Origin: Candidatus Sysuimicrobiota bacterium
GTDB lineage: Bacteria > Sysuimicrobiota > Sysuimicrobiia > Sysuimicrobiales > Sysuimicrobiaceae
DNA: 13,960 nt
Assembly: GCA_040289515.1 (NCBI GenBank)
Contig: PSLI01000045.1
Span: 1-13,960, forward strand
Reading direction: 5' to 3'
A program made the position numbers and the translations under genes. The notes beneath the pieces were generated by a model. It had not been told where the DNA came from, ran no database searches, and was given only the letters and a program-made list of their open reading frames with translations. Of the stretch, positions 8,826-13,960 are shown one piece after another; the stretch's first letter is position 1, and every line of letters starts with the position of its first letter.

Positions 8826-10433
8826 GTGCACGCACGGCGATGGATCATTCAGCTGGCGGCCGCCCTGCTGGTAGCCGTGGTGATGACGTCTGGCACCGTG
8901 GGAAGTTCCGCCCCCGCCCCGCAGCCCCGGCGGGGAGGCACGCTGAGCTTCATCGTGTCCGCGGAGCCGCCCTCCTTCGATGCCCACCGGGAGACCACCT
9001 TCGCAATGATCCACCCCATCCGGCCTCATTACAACCTGCTGGTGAAGTTCGACCCCTTCAACTACCCAAAGGTGGTGCCGGACCTCGCGGAGAGCTGGAC
9101 GGTGTCGGAGGAAGGGCTCACTTACACCTTCCGCCTCCGCAGCGGCGTGCGGTTCCACGACGGGAGCCTGCTCACCTCCCGGGACGTGAAGGCGAGCCTG
9201 GACAAGATCATCTTCCCGCCGCAGGGGGTCGTGAGCGTCCGGCAGGCCATGTACGAGATGGTGGAGAGCATCACCGCCCCCAGCCCTAACACCGTGGTCA
9301 TCCGGCTGAAGTGGCCGTCGGCCACCTTCCTGGAGAAGCTGGCCTCGCCCTTCAACTGGATCTACAAAGCGGACATCCTGGAACGGGACCCGCGGTGGTA
9401 CGAGCGCAACGTGATGGGGACCGGGCCGTTCCGCTTCAAGGAGTACGTGCGGGGTTCCCACTGGGAGGGGGTTCGGTTCGAGAATTACTGGAACCCCGGC
9501 CGCCCCTACCTGGACGGCTACCGGGCCCTGTTCATCAGCAGCCCCGCGGCCCAGACGGCGGCCATCAAGTTCGGCCAGGCCCTGGTGGAGTTCCGCGGGT
9601 TCGCCCCCGCCCAGCGCGACGAGGTGGTGCAGTTCTTGGGCGACCGCGTCACCGTGCAGGAATCCGGGTGGCTGTGCAACCTCCTGGTGGTGCCCAACAA
9701 CCAGCGCAAGCCCTTCGACGACTTCCGGGTGCGGCGGGCCCTCACCCTGGCCATCGACCGGTGGGGCGGCTCCCGCGCGCTGTCGCAGATCACCTTCATG
9801 GGGCCCGTGGGCGGCGTGATGCGGCCGGGCGGCCCCTACGCCACCCCCGAGGCAGAGCTCACCAAGCTGGCGGGCTTCGGCCGCGACATCCAGGCGGCAC
9901 GGCAGGAGGCGCGCCGGCTGCTGCGGGAGGCGGGAGTGCCCGAAGGGTTCGAGTTCACCGTAAAGAACCGCAACGTCCCCATGCCCTATATCCCTGCGGG
10001 CATCTTCCTGGTGGACCAGTGGCGGCAGGTGGGCCTCAACCCCCGCCACGTAATCCAGGAAACGGGGCCGTACCTGGCGGACCTGCGGGCGGGCAACTAC
10101 GACGTGGGGGTCGACTTCACCTGCGACTTCTTCGACGATCCCGACGTGCAGCTCACCAAGTTCGTCTCCAGCGACCGCAGCCCTCTGAACTACGCCCGCT
10201 ACACGGACCGGCTGCTGGACGGGCTGTACCGCCAGCAGAGTCGGGAGCGCAACCCGCAGCGCCGCCTGCAGATTGTCCGCCAGTTCGAGCGGAGGGTGCT
10301 GAGCGACCGCGCGTACCAGTTCCACCTGCTGTGGTGGCAGCGGATCATCCCGCACTGGAAGAAGCTTCAGGGCTACAAGGTGGGCCCCTCCCACTACCTG
10401 GAGGACCTGGAGGGGGTCTGGCTGAGCGAGTAG
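8826..10433 (+). CDS. ABC transporter substrate-binding protein, family 5 (DppA/OppA-like)
   Basis: Signal peptide MHARRWIIQLAAALLVAVV, then GGTL, VPDLAESW, YTFRLRSGVRFHDG, GTGPF and RVRRAL. The GTG start at 8826 follows SD GGGGGTGA. Confidence 0.93.
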   Translation: MHARRWIIQLAAALLVAVVMTSGTVGSSAPAPQPRRGGTLSFIVSAEPPSFDAHRETTFAMIHPIRPHYNLLVKFDPFNYPKVVPDLAESWTVSEEGLTYTFRLRSGVRFHDGSLLTSRDVKASLDKIIFPPQGVVSVRQAMYEMVESITAPSPNTVVIRLKWPSATFLEKLASPFNWIYKADILERDPRWYERNVMGTGPFRFKEYVRGSHWEGVRFENYWNPGRPYLDGYRALFISSPAAQTAAIKFGQALVEFRGFAPAQRDEVVQFLGDRVTVQESGWLCNLLVVPNNQRKPFDDFRVRRALTLAIDRWGGSRALSQITFMGPVGGVMRPGGPYATPEAELTKLAGFGRDIQAARQEARRLLREAGVPEGFEFTVKNRNVPMPYIPAGIFLVDQWRQVGLNPRHVIQETGPYLADLRAGNYDVGVDFTCDFFDDPDVQLTKFVSSDRSPLNYARYTDRLLDGLYRQQSRERNPQRRLQIVRQFERRVLSDRAYQFHLLWWQRIIPHWKKLQGYKVGPSHYLEDLEGVWLSE

Positions 10434-10434
10434 C

Positions 10435-11388
10435 ATGCTGCGGTACGTGTTGGCGCGCCTGGTCCTGGTGGTGCCCACCCTGTGGGCGGTGGCCACCCTC
10501 ATCTTTCTCCTGGTCCGCGTAATCCCCGGGGACATCGTGGAGCTGCGGTTCGTGAGCGGGGGCGCGTACGTCACGCCTCAGGTGCTGGCGCAGGAGCGGG
10601 CGCGGCTGGGCCTGGACAAGCCCCTGTGGGTCCAGTACGCGGACTGGATCGGGGGCTTGGCACGGCTGGATCTGGGGACCTCCATGTGGACAGGGGGTTC
10701 CGTGTCCCGGGAGATCGCCCTGCGGCTGGAGCTTAGCCTGCAGCTGGCGGTGATGGCCACCCTGGTGGCCGTGAGCCTCGCCATCCCCCTCGGGGTGTGG
10801 GCGGCGGTGCGCAGGGGCACGTGGGTGGACCACCTGGTGCAGGTGTTCAGCGTGGCAGGCCTGGCCACACCGTCCTTCTGGCTGGGGATCTTGCTCCTGC
10901 TGTTCCTCCTGTACACCTTCCGGTGGTTGCCGCCCATGACCTTCACGTCCCTGTGGGTGGACCCAAGGGCCAACCTGAGCCAGCTGGTGTGGCCCGCGCT
11001 GGCGGTCGGCTACCGGTACTCCGCGGTGGCCACCCGTATGACCCGCTCCGCCATGCTGGAAGTGCTGCGGGAGGACTACGTACGCACCGCGTGGGCCAAG
11101 GGGCTGGCGGAGCGTACGGTGGTCCTCCGCCACGCGCTCCGCAACGCCCTGCTCCCCGTGGTGGCCGTCATCGGCCTGGAGTTCGCGTTCCTCATGGGCG
11201 GCCTGGTGGTCACCGAGCAGGTGTTCAACCTCAACGGGGTCGGTAAGCTGTTCGTGGAAGCCATCAGCCGCCGTGACTACACCCTCATCCAGGGGCTCCT
11301 GCTGCTGGTGGCGGCCACCTACGTGGGGGTCAACGTGATCCTGGACCTTGTGTACGCGCGCCTGGACCCGCGCATCCGCTACGCGTGA
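10435..11388 (+). CDS. ABC transporter permease (DppB/OppB-like)
   Basis: Motifs IPGD, LGLDKPLWVQY, LDLGTS, PSFWLG, TRSAMLEVLREDYVRTAWAKG, HALRNAL, RDY and LDPRIR. Confidence 0.95.
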   Translation: MLRYVLARLVLVVPTLWAVATLIFLLVRVIPGDIVELRFVSGGAYVTPQVLAQERARLGLDKPLWVQYADWIGGLARLDLGTSMWTGGSVSREIALRLELSLQLAVMATLVAVSLAIPLGVWAAVRRGTWVDHLVQVFSVAGLATPSFWLGILLLLFLLYTFRWLPPMTFTSLWVDPRANLSQLVWPALAVGYRYSAVATRMTRSAMLEVLREDYVRTAWAKGLAERTVVLRHALRNALLPVVAVIGLEFAFLMGGLVVTEQVFNLNGVGKLFVEAISRRDYTLIQGLLLLVAATYVGVNVILDLVYARLDPRIRYA

Positions 11389-11392
11389 AACC

Positions 11393-12289
11393 ATGGCCGG
11401 ACGCGCCAACGCGCTGGACGCCCGCCCCTGGCCGGTCCTGAGCGCAGCCCGGTCGCCCAGCCGGCTCTGGCGCTTCGCACGCCGGTACCCCCTCGCCGTG
11501 GCCAGCGCCACGTTCCTGCTTCTGCTAGCGCTGGCCGCCCTGCTGGCGCCCTGGATCGCGCCCTACGACCCCCTGGCAACCGACTACCTGGCCATGTTCA
11601 GCCCGCCCAGCGCGAAGCACTGGCTGGGCACGGACAGCTTCGGCCGCGACATCCTCAGCCGGCTCATCTTCGGCGCGCGCACCGCGCTGCTGGTGGGCTT
11701 GGCGAGCTCCGCGGTGGGTGCCACGGTGGGTGCGGTCGTGGGGGTGGCCTCCCCCTACTTCGGCGGGGTCACGGACCTCGTGATCCAGCGCATCACCGAC
11801 ATCCTGGTCTCCTTCCCCCTCATCGTGCTGGCCATGGCCATGGTCGCCATCCTCGGCAGCGGCACCACCAACCTGGTGGTGGCCATCGCCCTGTCCTTCG
11901 CGCCGCGGGCGGAGCTGGTGGTGCGCAGCAGCGCCCTGCAGGTGCGGCAGACCACGTACGTGGAGGCTGCCCGGGCCGTGGGAGCCAGCCCCTGGCGCAT
12001 CATCCTGCGCCACATGCTGCCCAACGTGCTGGCACCGTACCTGGTGATGCTGACCGCCTTCCTGGGGCAGGCCATCCTGCTGGAGGCGTCGCTAAGCTTT
12101 TTGGGACTGGGTGTGGCGGAGCCAACCCCTGCGTGGGGTCTGATGCTGAGCGGGGCCGCGGTGGACTTTGTGCAGAAGGCCCCGTGGATGGCCATCTTCC
12201 CGGGGCTGGCCATCACCGTGACGGTGCTGGCCTTCAACGTGCTGGGGGACGCCCTGCGGGACGCCCTGGATCCTAAACTGCGCGTGTAG
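11393..12289 (+). CDS. ABC transporter permease (DppC/OppC-like)
   Basis: Motifs HWLGTDSFGRDILSRLIFGAR, EAA loop YVEAARAVGAS, HMLPN, EASLSFLGLG and GDALRDALDPK. The ATG at 11393 lies 4 nt after the previous stop. Confidence 0.95.
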   Translation: MAGRANALDARPWPVLSAARSPSRLWRFARRYPLAVASATFLLLLALAALLAPWIAPYDPLATDYLAMFSPPSAKHWLGTDSFGRDILSRLIFGARTALLVGLASSAVGATVGAVVGVASPYFGGVTDLVIQRITDILVSFPLIVLAMAMVAILGSGTTNLVVAIALSFAPRAELVVRSSALQVRQTTYVEAARAVGASPWRIILRHMLPNVLAPYLVMLTAFLGQAILLEASLSFLGLGVAEPTPAWGLMLSGAAVDFVQKAPWMAIFPGLAITVTVLAFNVLGDALRDALDPKLRV

Positions 12290-12293
12290 CCGG

Positions 12294-12322
12294 CTGACGG
12301 AGCCCGGCTCGTCCCGTAGACT
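12294..12322 (+). promoter_or_regulatory. Sigma70-type promoter, probably producing a leaderless mRNA
   Basis: CTGACG (12294-12299), a 17-bp spacer, TAGACT (12317-12322), then 6 nt to the GTG start at 12329. No SD is present. Confidence 0.6.
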
Positions 12323-12328
12323 GAAACC

Positions 12329-13498
12329 GTGCGCTCTTCGCACGTCGCCGTCCTGGCCCTGCTCATCGTGGGACACGCCGCGGTGGACGTGGGCGCGGGC
12401 GCCCTGCCGGCCTTGGCCCAGTACCTGCGAACCGAACTGCGCCTCACGTACACCCTCACCGGCCTCATGGTCACCGCCGCATCCCTGTCGGGGGCCCTCG
12501 TCCAGGTGGCCGCGGGCTGGACCGCGGACCGCCGCCCGAGCCTGTGGATGGTGCCCGCGGGGGTGGCCCTCACGGCTACCGGGCTCGCGCTCGCTGGGTT
12601 CGCCACCGGTCCGGTGCTGGCCGCCTCCTCCCTGGCGGTGCTGGCCCTGGGGCCCGCCCTGTTCCACCCGGAGGCGGTGCGGACCGCGTACCAGCTGGCC
12701 GGCGAACGCCGGGCCACGATGATGGGGTACTTCACCGTGGGCGGCAGCGTGGGCTGGGCTCTGGGTCCCACGGTGGTGGCGGTGCTGGCGGGTGCCTTCG
12801 GCCTGCGGGGGCTGACCCTGTGGCTGGCGGTGGGGTTGCCCATCGCGCTGCTGCTGGCCACAGCACAGCTGCGGCCTGCGGGGTTTCCCCACCCACAGGC
12901 ACACCGACGCGAGGGGGAGGATCTGTGGACTGCGTACGCGCTGTTGTTGACGATTGCCCTGCTGCGGGGCGGCGTGCACGTGGCCCTCACGGTGTTTTAC
13001 CCCGGCTTCCTCATCGACCGGCTCGGTCAGTCGCGAGAGGCCGCGGCCACCGCCCTGTCCCTCCTGCTGGCCGGCGGCGTGGTGGCCGCCCCGGTGCTGG
13101 GCCGTCTGGCAGACCGGTGGAGCCGCAAGGGCGTGCTGGGCGGCACCATGGCCGTGTTGGGGGCTATCGTGCTCCTGCTGCCGCTTTTGCAGCCACCGTG
13201 GATGTACCCCGCGGTGCTGCTCCTGGGCGCCTGCTCCCAGGGGGTGCTGCCCATCACCCTGGTTCTGTCGCAGGAGCTGCTGCCGGCTCATACGGCGCTG
13301 GGCGGCGGGATGCAGGTGGCCGCCAGCTCCGTGGCTGCGCTGCTGGCCGCCCCCTTCGGGCTGGTGGCCGACCACTGGGGCACACCCGCCGTACTGCGAC
13401 TGGCAGCTGTCCTGGCGGCTGCAGGCGCTGTGTTAAGCGGGTGGCTGCCCGCCGTGCGCGCGCGGCGTTGTAGCCTCGCTCTCACAGGAGGGAAGTAG
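12329..13498 (+). CDS. MFS transporter (Fsr/fosmidomycin-resistance-like)
   Basis: About 12 hydrophobic helices, MFS motif A-like GWTADRR and GRLADRWSRK, and Fsr-type motifs GHAAVD, LFHPEA and GGSVGWALGP. Confidence 0.88.
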   Translation: MRSSHVAVLALLIVGHAAVDVGAGALPALAQYLRTELRLTYTLTGLMVTAASLSGALVQVAAGWTADRRPSLWMVPAGVALTATGLALAGFATGPVLAASSLAVLALGPALFHPEAVRTAYQLAGERRATMMGYFTVGGSVGWALGPTVVAVLAGAFGLRGLTLWLAVGLPIALLLATAQLRPAGFPHPQAHRREGEDLWTAYALLLTIALLRGGVHVALTVFYPGFLIDRLGQSREAAATALSLLLAGGVVAAPVLGRLADRWSRKGVLGGTMAVLGAIVLLLPLLQPPWMYPAVLLLGACSQGVLPITLVLSQELLPAHTALGGGMQVAASSVAALLAAPFGLVADHWGTPAVLRLAAVLAAAGAVLSGWLPAVRARRCSLALTGGK

Positions 13499-13866
13499 TG
13501 CGATACCTGATGGCAGACCTTCTGGCCCTGCTGCTGTTCTCGGTGTCGGGCGCGGCTTTCCACGGGGCGGAGCTGGGTGCGGAGCTTGTGGCCCGCACCT
13601 CCCTTCCCCTGGCCTTGAGCTGGCTTGCGGTGGCCGCCCTTGTGGGCACCTACCGCGCCGCCAGCTGGAAAACCCTGACCGTCACATGGATCACGGCGGT
13701 GCCCGTGGGCCTGCTCCTCCGCCAGCTGCTGCTCGGGCGGCTGGCGAGCCCGGCCACGGTCCAGTTCCTGGTGGTCGGCACCCTCACCAGCGGCGCGGTG
13801 CTCCTTTTGGTGCGCCTGGCCCTGCACGGCGTACTGCGGGGGCGGTCGAGGGAAGGTGCCGGGTAG
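13498..13866 (+). CDS. Small membrane protein, DUF3054-like
   Basis: 122 aa with 4 TM segments and an N-terminal D-x5-F-x3-G-x3-H pattern, plus P..LSW, W...VPVGLLLR. SD AGGAGG; the start overlaps the MFS stop (TAGTG). Confidence 0.7.
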   Translation: MRYLMADLLALLLFSVSGAAFHGAELGAELVARTSLPLALSWLAVAALVGTYRAASWKTLTVTWITAVPVGLLLRQLLLGRLASPATVQFLVVGTLTSGAVLLLVRLALHGVLRGRSREGAG

Positions 13867-13960
13867 CGCCCTGGAGCGCCTCGTCGCGCGCGGGCCCCAG
13901 CTCCGCGCGCGGCTTCTCCGATGGTACGCCCGCCACCGCCGCCGGCTGCCGTGGCGGGGC
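13856..13960 (+). CDS. mutY: A/G-specific adenine glycosylase MutY, N-terminus only (truncated by the window edge)
   Basis: The GTG at 13856 follows GAGGGA and reads MPGSALERLVARGPQLRARLLRWYARHRRRLPWRG, containing the MutY N-terminal signature LLxWYxxxxRxLPWR. It is absent from the supplied ORF track. Confidence 0.8.
   Translation, partial: MPGSALERLVARGPQLRARLLRWYARHRRRLPWRG

Noticed and set aside
8826..8900. Tat signal in the binding protein (ARRWII)
   Set aside because: The match to S/T-R-R-x-F-L-K is poor, and an ordinary Sec signal peptide explains the sequence.
8781..10574. 597-aa antisense ORF over the binding-protein gene, and similar long ORFs (5853-8012, 1261-3003, 315-1859, 12092-13375)
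   Set aside because: These are shadow ORFs expected from high-GC codon bias. They have no family motifs and overlap well-supported genes.
12296..12313. Small hairpin GACGGAGC-CCG-GCTCGTC as terminator of the ABC operon
   Set aside because: It is bulged and has no U-tract, and it coincides with the spacer of a better-supported promoter.

Overview
High-GC bacterial chromosomal window (roughly 70% GC by eye), densely coding. The left edge carries the 3' end of a probable REP-associated tyrosine transposase (RAYT/TnpA-REP), which may be decayed, followed by three tandem 13-bp near-palindromes. A minus-strand gene run follows, in transcription order: XRE-family regulator, 7Fe ferredoxin, a 116-nt highly structured spacer, pgeF/ylmD, yggS/ylmE, sepF, mtnA and a processive GT2 glycosyltransferase. 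The plus strand has a large FAD/Fe-S/CCG oxidoreductase (GlcD-GlpC/YdiJ-like) and a Dpp/Opp-type ABC solute-binding protein with two permeases but no ATPase. A separately promoted, probably leaderless unit follows: MFS transporter, DUF3054-like protein and mutY (truncated by the window edge). The most notable observations are the structured fdx-pgeF spacer, the pgeF+mtnA linkage (possible MTA salvage), the RAYT-linked 13-mers, a palindromic operator between the XRE gene and the oxidoreductase, and an SD-sequestering hairpin before mtnA. All family calls come from motif recognition by eye; no searches or folding programs were run.
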